Of a stretch of DNA of 64,000 bases, positions 24,107 to 35,804 are shown piece after piece (positions within the stretch are counted from its first letter, which is position 1; every line of letters begins with the position of its first letter). Source of the DNA: Rebecca billardiae RCC1528. Its lineage: Eukaryota > Protista > Haptophyta. A model generated the notes under the pieces. It saw nothing but the letters and a program-made list of their open reading frames with translations, had not been told where the DNA came from and searched no databases. The position numbers were made by a program, and so were the translations under genes. The DNA is taken from the NCBI GenBank assembly GCA_965240325.2, contig OZ251229.1, positions 2,294,001 to 2,358,000 on the forward strand. Reading direction: 5' to 3'.

Positions 24107-26931
24107 ATGGCGGGCGCGGGTCGCCCCTCGATGCGCGGGCGCAGGGTGCTCGCCGCGCTGGCTGGCACGTCACTGCTGCTGGCGGGCGTCGCGCGCGGCG
24201 CGGCTGACTCCGTCGGCCGGAGCACGCTCGACCACTACCACTGCCTGGCAGAGTTCCGTGATGGCCAGTACGCGGTCCACTGGGCGCTTGGACCGCCGCC
24301 GCCGGGCTGCGACCCGACCGGGCTCGAGGAGTACCCGCATGGCCTCGTCGACCCGTGCTCGGAGCGCAAGATCGACCTCGCCGTGCAGGCGCGCTTCTTC
24401 GGCGACGACGCCGAGCGCGCCGAGCGCGAGGGCTTCTGGCTCGCGTTCGGGCTCGCCGAGGCGGGCGGCCTGCTCGGCGCGGACGTCGTCGCGTACGACT
24501 CGGCGTCCAAGCGGCTGGTGGACGCGCACACGCTCGAGACGCCGCACCTGATCGCCGACGACCGGAGCAACTGGGCGCTCGCGAACGCGAGCACGCGCGT
24601 CGAAGCGGCGCACGCGCCGCGCGGCCGCCTCTTCGAGGCGACGGTGCGCGTGAGCCGCAGCCTGCGCTCGACCGACCGCCGTCACGACCGCGACTTCGAC
24701 CCGGACGCCAACTACCCGTTCCTGCCCACGAAGGTGATCGGCAACGCGGGCGTGGGTCCGCTGCCCGCCGTGCTCGGCGAGCGCAGCCACACGCCCACGC
24801 ACGCGCAGGGCGCGCTCCGCTTCCACGCGCCCGGCTGCGTGGCGGACGTGCTGCTCGCACTGCGCGACACGCCGGGCGTTCGGCGCGTCGGCGTGAACGT
24901 CACCCACCAGCGCGTGAAGGGGCTGCGGAACAACAAGTACGCGGAGTACACGCACGTGTGCATCAACAAGGCCGACGTGCCCGGGCTCCCCGGCGGCGCG
25001 CTGCACATCCTCGCCATCGACGTGCTCCTGCAGCCCGCCAACGCCTCCAAGTATATTCACCATATGGGATTTAAGGGTGCTTACATCCCGTGCGGCCGCA
25101 AGCCGGCCGGCAAGATGATCGCCGAGGACCTGTTCTTCTGGACGGTGCGCGCCGCCGCCGCGCGCGCGCCGCCGCCGGCGAAGCTGCCCCGCCGCGCCGG
25201 CGCGAGCCGGCGCGAGCCGCGCGGGCGAGCGCTCGCGCCGACGCGCGCGCCCCCGCCACGCCGCCGCGCGCCCCCGCCCGCGCGCAGCATGGCGTGGAGC
25301 CAGTCTTGCTGCCGCCGGAGGCGGGCATCCGCATCGGCGACCGGCGCGGCTACCAGTCGTTCGTGATCCAGTACCACTACGAGCTGCCCGAGTCGAGCGC
25401 CGAGGTCTTCGACGCGTCGGGCGTGCAGCTCTACGTGACCGACCGGCTGCGCCGATACGACGCTGGAGTGATCCAGCTCGGCGACGGCGGGATCTCAATG
25501 ATCGACCGCGCGGTCGGCGAGGGGTACAACAAGCACGCGTTCACGTGCCCGTCGCAGTGCTCGCGCGACCACTTCCGGAACGACGTGCTGCACGTCTTCC
25601 GCCGCGGGCTGCACATGCACGCGCTGGGCACGATGATGAAGACCACGCAATTCTCCGCGAGCGGGCAGAAGATCCGCGAGGACGAAATCGACTTTTTCGA
25701 CTTCCATGCCGCGTCCGCGTTTGAGCCGCGCTCGATCGACAAGGGGTTCGTGATCCGGCGCGGCGACTGGTTCACGGTGGAGTGCACGTACCGCACCGAG
25801 CCGGGCTCGCCCAAGGCGAGCTTCGGCTTCGGGAGCAAGGACGAGATGTGCATTGACTTTGTGCACTGTGCGTGGCGCCGCGCGCGGCGCGCGGCCGCGC
25901 GCGCCTTGCCGCGCGCTGCGGACGGCGCACGCGCGCCGCGCCTGCTCCTGAGACGCGAGCTCGCGCCCCGCCTCTCGGTCCCGCGCCCCTGCCCTCGCCT
26001 GCGCGTGCGCCGACCGCAGATTACCCGAAGGAGGAGCCGGGTATGCCGCTCGCCCGGCACCAGCGCGCCAGGCTCCGTGGCGCCGCGCGCCCTCGCGCAA
26101 GCCCTGGCCTCCGCCGATGCGCCGGCAGGCGCCCCGCCCCGGCTCACTCGCTCCCCTCTCGTCGCGCGCGCGCGCGCGCCACCGCCGCCGCGCTCTGCGC
26201 GCGCGCGCGCCGCAGGCTACTGCTCGGCCAAGATGCCACTCGTCAAGATGATCGAGCAGTTTGTGGGCGACGACAAGCTCAAGAACAAGCTCAAGATGCT
26301 GCCAAACGCGCAGTCGATCACCGAGGGCGGCGACGACGCGTGTCACGGCTCGTACACCAACTCGGAGCGGCTGAGCTCGGCGGCCGAGCTCCGCCGCGCG
26401 TGGGGCGGCGCCGCGCCCAAGGCTCTGCCGAACAGCAGCTCCTACTTCTTCCCGGACTCGAAGCCGGTGAAGCCCGCCGCTCCGGCGAGGCCCGCAGCCG
26501 GGGCGCAGGGCGCGGCCGTCACCCCTGCACCCGCCGGCGCGGCGCCGAAGCAGGCGCAGCCAGCCGCGGCCACGCAGCCGCCCAAAGCGCCGGCCACGAA
26601 GCCGGCCCCCAGCAGCGGCACAGCCACCCCAAGCGCCAGCGCCACGGCCGCTCCTGCAGGCGCGCGCGCACCAGCGGAGCCGGTGGCTCGCAAGGGCGGT
26701 GCGACGTCAACTGCCACGCCGCCCACCCCCGCTGCTCCGTCGGCGAATCGGACAGCGGCAGCTTCGGCGAATCACGCTGCGTCTCCGTCCCTGTCGCCAG
26801 CAGCAGCACCGACGACCAGCCCCAACGTGACTGCACCCGGCAAAGCGCCACCCGCGCCGGCGGCGGCGGCGGCGGCGAGCCGGCCAGGAGCATCAGCAGC
26901 TGCTGCTGGGAATAAGGCCGCGAATAAGTAA
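24107..26931 (+). CDS. DBH/MOXD1-like copper type II ascorbate-dependent monooxygenase (signal peptide, DOMON, Cu2 monooxygenase N and C, Pro/Ala/Thr-rich tail); exons 24107-25144, 25288-25867, 26020-26040, 26216-26931
   Basis: DOMON motif GFWLAFGLAEAGGLLGADVV and Cu ligands YIHHM, LHMHALG, DEMCIDFVHYYP (completed by a 21-nt exon), plus QYHY and DASGVQLYVT..LRRYDAGVI. Intron phases are consistent (785 codons). Confidence 0.9.
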
Positions 26932-27011
26932 GCTCGGCGCTGGGACTGACCAGGCCGGCCGCCGGCAGGCGGCGCAGCGGCAGTCGCGCGCACTGCATAT
27001 ATATATAATTA

Positions 27012-29267
27012 TGGCCCGCGGTGCAGGGCGGAGCGCGTAGCGTGGAGCCCCGCCGGGGGCCCTCACTACGTTGTCAAAAAGATCTTTTGATCAAAGAAAG
27101 GGGACGGGGGACGATTTTGAGGGCTGTTGGAGGGTGAGTTTTCGCTTTTTCGAGGGGTTCATTCGCCGCCCATTGCTCTGCATTAGCAAGACGCGATTGA
27201 CGAAATAAGCGCGCCCACGCCATTCCGCATAAGTCGATGGACGGACGTGCATTTGTCAGTATATCTGGGTGAACGAATCTGCGATTTGTTGTAAATCTTC
27301 ATAGCATATTGCCAAATAGGACGAGGACCCAAGCGCTTGGGTCCTCGTCCTATTTGGCGCGTGGGTGCGGGCTGAGGGCTCCTGGCAAAAAGTCTTCGTC
27401 AAGTACTCAACTTTACTAACGACGAACCTTTGCGCGCTGCCAAATTACTCAACTTTACACCTAATAATGACCCCAGTGGGCGGAAATGGCCATATCTCCC
27501 GGAGATCGGGAGTACTCACACGTGTGAGTCATGTTTCGTCCTTTTTTCCGAGACGTTGATTGGTCAAACGCTCAGCATTCTATGTCCACAATTCCATATC
27601 GACACAACACAACTCCTACCAACCTGTGTCACTAAAAACCTTGGGTTAGCTGCACAACGACCAATCAGCGCGCAGCGAGCGGAGAGACTCGAAACCCGAG
27701 ATTCACTCACGCGCATTTACTATGATGTTTGCTCTTCGCCCATGCCAACTTTGCTATTGACAAAAACGCGCAGCGGCTTGGTTACGACCCATCATAGAAA
27801 TCTAGACGACCACCAATCAGCACACAGCAAACGAGACAACCTTCACTTTCGAGCGGGCGAAAGGAGCTTTGCCTTCAACCCGCAGGCATATGCGTTCTCG
27901 CTGGCACGCGGCGCGCGCTGCCGCTCGCCGCCGCTGCGCTCGATGCGAGCGCGGCCGCCGCCGCGGCAGCGCGCGGGCCGGGCGGCTGCGAGGACCCGGG
28001 CGCGCTCGTGCGCAAGCGGCGGCGCCCGGTGGGCGGCGCGGCGGCGCCCGCCGACGCGCACGGCAAGAGCGAAGGCTGCGGTGCGCTGAGTGACGCCGAG
28101 GTGGAGGCCGCGGCCAGCGAGCTCGCGCGGCCCGGCGCGCGCGCGGTGCGGCTCGGGCTGGGGCACGAGGCGCGGACGGCGGCGCGCTCGGCGGCACCGG
28201 CGCGCAGGATGCGCTCGCCTGCCCGCTCGCGCGGCACGCGGCTGCGAGGCGCAGCGCGAGCCGCCGGGCTAGGCCGCGTGCGCCGAGGCGGGCGAGACGC
28301 TCGGCGTGCTCGGCGGCGCGCTCGGCATCACGGCGCGCTGCTGGCGGCGCTGCTCGCGTGCCCTTCCATCGTCTCGCTCGCCACATCCGCCGCGACGGAG
28401 CAGTCCAGCAGCAGCACCGTTTCCGGCATGCGCACGCTGGCGCTCGCGCACGCCAACTGCGAGTGCGGAGGCGCTGGGCGCCGAGCTGGCGAAGCGCGGC
28501 GCCGAGCTCGACGCGCTGCGCGACGCGGCGACGGACGCGCTGCCGCTGGGCGCGCGTGGCGCCCTCGTCGCGACGCCCCGTGCAGCAGCTCGAGCAGCCA
28601 GCTGTGGAGTAGACGGCCGTCGAGGCGATCGGCGCCGGGTGCCAGCGCGCACGGGCTCAGCCCGTGCCGCTGGCTCGGGCCGCCGCAGCCGTCTTCGAGG
28701 CCGACGCGGCGGAGGAGGCGGCGGGCGAGCTGACGGCGGCGCGGTCCGGCGGTGGAGCAGGCGCGCACGCGCGGCGGCAGGCGCGACGCGCCGCTCGCCT
28801 CGTTCCACCCCGAGCTCCGCTCGGTCTCGGTGCGCGGCTGCCGGTAGCGCAGGCCGGGGCAGCACTGCGTGGCGCGCGCTCTCGCTCCGTCTGCCGGCAC
28901 GAGGTGCGCCGGCTGAGTGAGCGACCAGCGGCCCGTCGTCGAGCGCATGGCGCCGCGCGAGCACCTCAAGCAGACTGTGCGCCCGCACGCGCGCACGCGC
29001 CGGCCCGCGCCGCGCGGCGCCTATCGCCCTGCCTGCGCGCGCGCGCCGCCCCGCGGCGGCCGCTTCCCCGCGCGGCGGCCCGCCGGCGACAGTCCTCGGC
29101 CCGCCGGCCCGGTGGGCGGCAACTGAGTTGTGGCGGTGGCAGCTCCGAGGCGAACGAACTGTTACACATGATTGTCCGACTGAGACAGCACTCAGCAGCC
29201 GACGGAGGGTGCACCGCGGGCCCCTAACTGCGTTGGTTCTACGGAACGGGACCGCGGAACGCGGTCA
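27012..29267 (+). mobile_element. Family A non-autonomous Helitron2/Helentron-like element, copy 1 (2256 bp)
   Basis: 5' TGGCCCGCGGTGCAGGGCGG, sub-terminal inverted copy TGCACCGCGGGCC at ~29210-29222, and 3' terminal hairpin GACCGCG-GAA-CGCGGTCA. Near-identical to 60425-62590 apart from one cargo block. Confidence 0.85.
27311..27358. repeat. Perfect 48-bp palindrome
   Basis: GCCAAATAGGACGAGGACCCAAGC|GCTTGGGTCCTCGTCCTATTTGGC. Confidence 0.97.
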
Positions 29268-29468
29268 TAGCTGATTATTCGTAGTGATATTAAATAAGCA
29301 GCATCAGTAGCCGGCATATAGATTACTAGTGCCAGATGACGTGACGATGATATATGTAAAATATATCAGAATAAGTAATGATCGGCTACGCCGATCTTCG
29401 GGTAGTGAACAACGAAGTTGACGGCGCACGGCCCTATAGTGGCTAGTTGTCGCGTTCTGTCTTATTCG

Positions 29469-30565
29469 TCACGAATCACGCAGCTTGTGAATGTGAGCAG
29501 CAGCCGGCTTGTGACGACACGGTCGGACGGTCGGACGGTGCCATGCGCCGAATGCAGCCGAGTCACTGGCGAGTCCGACAGCCGGGCCGGGCGGCGCCGG
29601 GGGTGCACGCGAGCTCGCACGCGCGTTGTGTGCGCAGCCGCGCTGCGCGCAGAGCAGCCACTCAGCGCCGCGCCCGACCACTACGCGAGAAGCCGCTGCG
29701 CCGCGCGCAGCGGCAGCAGCGGCGCCTCCGCAGCGCGCGCCGAGCCGCCACCTCCCGCCCGCCTCACGGCCGCGGCCGCGGCGCGCGAGCGACTTGCGGC
29801 TTGCGGCGGCGGCGGGCAGCGGCGGCGCGGCGAGCGCGCACAGCGGCCCCTCGAGCGTGCGGCCGAGCGCCGCCGCGTACGTCGGGTCGCGCGCCGCGCG
29901 CCGTCGCCCACACGGCAGCAGCCCCGCGTGCGCCGCCGTCTGCCACGAGGCCGAGGGCGCGGAGCACGGTGGTGCCGACACATTTTGGAGGCGCGCGCCG
30001 TCGAGGCGCGGGACGGGCGGGAGGGCGGACGGGGGCGGGAGGAGCGGCGGCGGCGGCGGCGGCGCGTTGCGCGAGCCGCAGCGTACGCCCGCGCCGATCT
30101 TGAATCTCGACGGCGGCGGTGCGGCGGCCGTGGCAGCGCGTGCGCGCGCGTTGACCAACGGCGGCGCGGCCCGTCTGCCGTCTGCGACGGCGGCACGGTG
30201 CGGCAAGGGCAGCGGCGGCGCGACGGCGTCGGCGGTGGCGCGCTCGCACAGCGTCTGCCGCCCGCGTGCGCCGCCGTCGTCACCGTCGTCGCCGCGACGG
30301 CGGCACTGTGCGCCGACCGGTTAGCGCCCTCCGGCTCCGCCCCTGCGCTGACTGACGGGACGCCGAGGAGTTGACGGAGGGCGTGCGCGCGAGGTCGGCG
30401 GCGGTGTGCGCGGCGGCGCTGGGCGAGTGCGCCAGCTTCTCGGGCAGCGCATGCCCCGCCGCGCGCCTGCCGCCGCCCAGGCTCCCCGGCGCTCGGCCGC
30501 GCGCCACGCCGCCGCGCGCGCGCACTGGGCGGCACGTGCGCACGGCGGCACCGTCGACGGAACAT
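29469..30565 (-). other. Possible low-complexity Pro/Ala/Arg-rich gene or gene remnant; frame unresolved
   Basis: A GC-rich coding-like block following an AT-richer promoter-like region (30590-30960). No frame gives a recognisable domain. Confidence 0.25.
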
Positions 30566-31245
30566 GACGCCTCGCGATCTGAATCGTCACGCGACTTATG
30601 CTGGTAGTCTTATTTTCGATCACACCCGCATTGGCTTCGGAATCAGTTTGCAATAAGGGGTGAGGAATCTTGAATGACAATCGCAATAATTGCCCTTCCG
30701 CTCAGGCTGTCTAGGACACACTCACTACACTTCTTTCATCAGAGAGCTCTTAATCCTCGCAGATAAAGATTTCGAATCCCACCCGCATTGGGCCAAGAAG
30801 CCAATAACAGATGACTTCGTCCTATTTGCTTCCGATTTCTTCTATTACTTACTATCCAAGGATTAAGGAGCAGTACAAACGCAATCATGAGCAGCGAAAT
30901 GGACTCAAATGCTCGGTTTCACACCTAACTAAATCCACCTACAAAAATCCCCCCAAATCCTGCGCGCATCCTCTTTTTTGATTTTGCGGAGCACGTGCGC
31001 CGCCCCCCCCCGGCTTTCGCTCACGCTCAGACCTTTCGGGGGGGCCGTGCGCCATAATGCTGATATATGCCTGATGCCATCGTCCTGCGTCCAGCATTGA
31101 AGTACGGTCTACGGATGCCAGCAGCAAGTTAATAGTTATTGAGTCTGCTCCGCGCGAGTGCGCTCGTCAGATGCCGATATGCCGATGATGGCTGCTGACT
31201 ACGACAGGCCTCACTTAATTGAGCATTGACTACTAAGTAATATAT

Positions 31246-33390
31246 GTGGCGTTATGGCCCGCGGTGCAGGGCGGAGCGCGCAGCGTGGAGCCCGCACCAG
31301 CGGGCCCGAACCACGTTTCAAAAAGATCTTTGATCAAGAAAAAAGGGACGGGGGGCGGCGGAAAAAAAGGGACGGGGGGCGATTTTTAGGGCTGGCGGAG
31401 ACCGAGTTTCGAGTTTTTGAGATCGCATTGAGAGGTCTATCAGGCCAAAAAAAACCGCGCCCAGCTGATTCCCTTAAGTAAAGTGCGATCTGGACGTCAG
31501 CTGGACGTGACATTAGTGTAACGGTTCGTTACGAGCGAATCGTACTCGTCTTCCCGGATCGCGTGACGTCCGGACTGGGCCACATCCGGATCGTCGGAGG
31601 TGACGTGCCCCGGCACGATGGGCGATGGCGGATATGCGGGACGGCGCCTGCACGTGCCTCCGGACCCGCCTCCCGCTTGCTGCTCACGCAGTCAGCTGCG
31701 ACCGTGGCGCATGATCGCAGAAGCAGTGCCGGCAGTACGGCCTGCATCAGCTAGTGCCGCGCCGTCGTGGCGCGCGCGGTACGGTTGCGCGTTTGCAGCG
31801 CTCGCCGGCCTCGGCGACGGCACGCGCGTGCGGCTCAGGTGTGTCAAATGCGGTCTCGTCGGCGCGCTTTCGCCTGCCACCTCGTGCACCCGTGCCGCCA
31901 GTTTCATCGTCTTCATGAGGACTGCTGCTGCTGTCGCCATCCGCTCTCCATCACCCCGAGTCGCCGGTCGCGCGGCGCGCGCGGTAGGCACTAGGCAGGG
32001 CGTACGGTCACTCACCCGTGCAACGGGTCAAGTGGCCAGAGTACGTCTGGTCGTTGGCTGGCACGGGCCGCAGCGCTAAAGCACCCTGCTGTCACACCCG
32101 ACTCCTTCAGTACTCCGAGCTCCGCGGCACGACTCACTCGGCACGATCGCGGACGGGTCGGATCCGAGCTGATCAGCCAGAGTTGGACACAGTTTGGCAG
32201 CTACTAGTAGTAATTCCGATGCCGATGGCACGATCGCGGACGGGTCGGATCCGAGCTGATCAGCCAGTTGGACATTTGGCAGCTAGTTGTCAGACGGACG
32301 TCCGATTTGACGACCGGTGCCGGGTGCGGTCTCAGGTCCGCTGCTGTGATTGTGTGAAGTGTGAATGAGTCTCGCGGTCGCGCAGGCAGGGCGACGGTCG
32401 GACTAATATATAGCTTCAGTCATCTCAGAACCGACTTCAACTGGCGAACTGCCACTACGGCGGAGAGCCGCGATTGCACGGCCACCGCGGGCCCCCAACT
32501 GCGTTGATTCTATGCAGAAAAGGACCGCGGAACGCGGTCATATTGGCACATATCAATAACTGAGTGTCTAAGAGCGACACCAAGATCCGGCTCGCTTGGC
32601 ATCATCAACCAGCTGTCCGGCCGGGGCGCCAGCCGCCCAGCGCGCGCAGTCCTGGTCGGACCCTTTTCGGCAGCCAATCCCGATCCGGTCGGCACCGGGC
32701 ACCGCCTGCAGGACTTGCTCGGCGATTCCTGAATATCCTGTTCCATCCGAGGCGACTCTGCCGCTCGGCACGGCTCGGCCCAAGGTACGGGGGCACCATG
32801 ACACAAGGCGCCGAGCTGAGCAGGGGGCCCACGACACCGCACGCTACACTCTCCTCCGACCACTCTTGTGAGCTCGGCACACAGGAGGTGTATACTCACT
32901 GTATACGCTGCTTTGGTAGTCCCCTCTGCTCGGTGAGGTTGCTGCTGTCAGCGCCTCCGCCCTGCAGCGCCGCACCGCAGCCGCGTCGTCATCGCTCGTC
33001 CGGCATCACATTCTCGTCCAGCAGCTCACGTGCTGCCGCGTCAGCTCCACAGCGGCGGTTCACTGTTTGCCCACCCTCCCACCCTCTGTCTGGGATAACG
33101 GTGCTGTGCAACCCGTGCTGTCTGGTCAGCCAGATCGGCCGTCGACCTCCGTGACTGACGGACCTCACGGGCGCCCTCTCGACCACGGGCAGCTGCGCCT
33201 CCGCACTGCCCGCGCCCGTCGTTCGTTGGTAAAATCCCGACCTATGTAACATGATCACAGTGTCCCACTCCCAATCATGATCATCGTGCGGACTGTCCCA
33301 AGACGCAGTCCACGCCACGACCCGATCCAGCTCTCGGTCGTGCTCGACGCTTCGAGCGAGCAGGGCATGGCCGCATGGCGGAGTGGTGAC
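31246..33390 (+). mobile_element. Diverged family B element, interrupted by a family A insertion at 31255-32540
   Basis: GTGGCGTTA [A copy] TATTGG..ATAACTGAGTGTCTAAGAGCGACACCAAGATCCGGCTCGC...GCATGGCGGAGTGGTGAC is collinear with the 40032-40906 unit. Confidence 0.8.
31255..32540 (+). mobile_element. Family A element, copy 2 (1286 bp)
   Basis: Same 5' end, sub-terminal inverted repeat CACCGCGGGCC and 3' hairpin GGACCGCGGAACGCGGTCA. The internal sequence differs and includes a ~40-bp direct duplication (32140/32227). Confidence 0.85.
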
Positions 33391-33480
33391 ACACACACAC
33401 ACACACACACACTGACACACACACACACACACACATATATACATATATTCATATATATATATATATGTACATATATATAT
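33391..33480. repeat. (AC)n/(AT)n microsatellite
   Basis: Directly visible. Confidence 0.95.
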
Positions 33481-33777
33481 TAACGACGTGGTATGCAACG
33501 GGCAGGCGTCAGAGTCAGCAAGCTGTAGCAGCAGATCGAGCAGCAGCTAGAGACAAACACCAGGGTCAGCGCTCCTCGCCGTCACGTCCCCCCCCCTCGT
33601 AGTCGCCCATCACTCCATCAGTCTCCATCGCCGAGTGGAAGCTCGACGCACCGTCTGGTGTCGACGCGCGCGCGCCACCGCGGTGGTCGCGGTGCCACGC
33701 GTCGTCAGCCGTCGTATATATATATATATGCGGTTAATGCTATTTTAAACATGCATATATATTAATTTTATTAAACA

Positions 33778-35410
33778 TGACCGCGTTCCGCGGTCCTTTT
33801 CCGTAGAACGAACGTAGTTCGGGGCCCGCGGTGGCGGTGCACCCTCCGTCGCAGTCGTCCCGTACGTAACTAGACTCCATCCAGCGGCGCGCCGCCCAGC
33901 GCCGCGCCGCCGCCGGCCCGGCCGGCCGGCCGGGCGCGGGCGCGTCGGCGGCTGGCGTGCGCCGAGTGTGGATGTCGGTCGTCGGCCGAGCTGCCCTCAT
34001 CACAGAGTCAGACGGCCCTTACCTGACCCCCTGCGCGTGCGCGACGGCCGACAGGCGGATGCGACTCGGCGTGATCGACGCACGAGCGCGACTCTTGCAC
34101 GCCAGGCCACCGGCGGAGCTGACTGACAGCCAGGGAGCCGACGGTGCGGGACCGCGCATTCGACCGTTCGTTCGGGCCTGCCGCTGACCGTCGTCGCCGC
34201 GACGCCAGCAGCGCAGGAGTAGATGATAGATCTGCAGGTCAGTAGGGTTCGACCTGCGCGCCTGCGCGACGGCCGACAGGCGGGCGCGAGGCGTGAGCGA
34301 CGCATGAGCGCGACTCTACGTGCACACCAGGCGACACGCGGCCTGAGCTGACTGACCGAGCCAGGGAGCACGGTGCGAGCAGCCATGCAGCACCGGTGCT
34401 TGCGCGCGCCGCGCGTGCACGGGGTGACACACCTCGGTCAGGCTCGGCACGCGTCGCAGAGGCACGGCCAGCTCTGGGCACGCCAGGCGCCCAGGCCACG
34501 CGGAGCTGACAGCCACGAGGAGCCGACGGCGCCGCGGGGCCGCGGCCAGTTCGACTTGCGCCTGCTCTGAAGAAGAGTTCTGGGAGACCCTGGCGGAGAG
34601 GCATGGCAAGGGGGGCGTGTGGTGAAGTCGGAGACTCAGAGATCGATCAGTCCGGCATCATGCGCCGCTGCCCCCGAGCTTGCGAGAGCCCGAACACAGG
34701 GCGGCGGCTGCGGCGGCGGCGGCGCGGCCGCGCGGCCGGCCGCGCAGGCATCGACAGGGCGCGGCAGGGGCGTGCGGAGTGACTAGTGAGCGGGCACGAA
34801 CGCGATGTCGACGGCCGTCGGGACCCGCCGCAGACGCGCGCTCCAGGCGCCACTCGGCACTCGCCACTGCGCGCACCTGCCCATCGAGCGCCCCCTTGGA
34901 GGCTTGGACCAAGAGTCGTCGCGGCTGGCGCTCGCCACCCCGAAGGAACCTGCGCACGTGCTTGCGACGGCGGCAGGTTTTGAGCTCGCCAGCTCGGTAA
35001 GTCAGTGACTATGGAATGGGCTGGCAACGAATAGCTGCGCGGGTATTTTCAATAAGGCTTGCGCGGGTTTTAGACTCTAGATACCAACCGCCGCGAAGCC
35101 AAGTTCATATTCATCAAGGCGGAGGCAAACTATCACACATGAACGAGAGTCTACCCACAAAATTTACCCAGCCTGGCACACTTGGGCGTGGGTTTCGTTG
35201 ATTCCTCTGTTCACTATTCAAGACGGCGGCCGCGTCCTTTTTCGACGCTAATGCACCTGTAAGGGAGTCTCAAAATCGAAACTCGGTCTCCTCCAGCCCT
35301 AAAAAATCGCCCCCCGTCCCTTTTTTCTTGATCAAAGATCTTTTTGAAACGTGGTTCGGGCCCGCTGGTGCGGGCTCCACGCTGCGCGCTCCGCCCTGCA
35401 CCGCGGGCCA
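33778..35410 (-). mobile_element. Family A element, copy 3 (1633 bp)
   Basis: On the + strand it begins TGACCGCGTTCCGCGGTCC..GGGGCCCGCGGTG and ends GCCCTGCACCGCGGGCCA. Internal diverged repeats lie at ~34020-34150, ~34250-34380 and ~34480-34535. Confidence 0.85.
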
Positions 35411-35804
35411 TTATTGTTATTTTAACTTATTATTTATAAATAATATTTAATAAATCGGCATCACAGTGTGCAGTCTTGCCGCTCCGGGGCGTCATGATGT
35501 CACGAGACATGACCTCGACCTCGCGATCGCGTGCGATCCGCCGTGCGGAAGACGTGCGCCTGCCAGCCGCAGCAAAGTGACCCCCCCAACTCCCAAGCGG
35601 CTGCGCGCTGCAGCCTGCAGGCGAAGGCGCCACACCCCACGATGCCGCGCGCAAGGCGCCGCGGCGAGAGCCAGCAGACAACTGACAACTCACCACCCCA
35701 CAAGAGCTAGCGTGGCGCCCGCCCGAGCGTTGGGCCGACTTGGCCACGCTTGGAAAGTGGTGGGCCCGGCACGGCCATTGGCCCGATTGGCCGCGGCCGC
35801 GGAT

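Noticed and set aside
27430-29227. ORFs inside family A copies (also 49337-51204 and 61164-62688) as functional genes or a transposase
   Set aside because: Frames are not conserved between near-identical copies, and no HUH, helicase, DDE, RT or RuvC motifs were seen.
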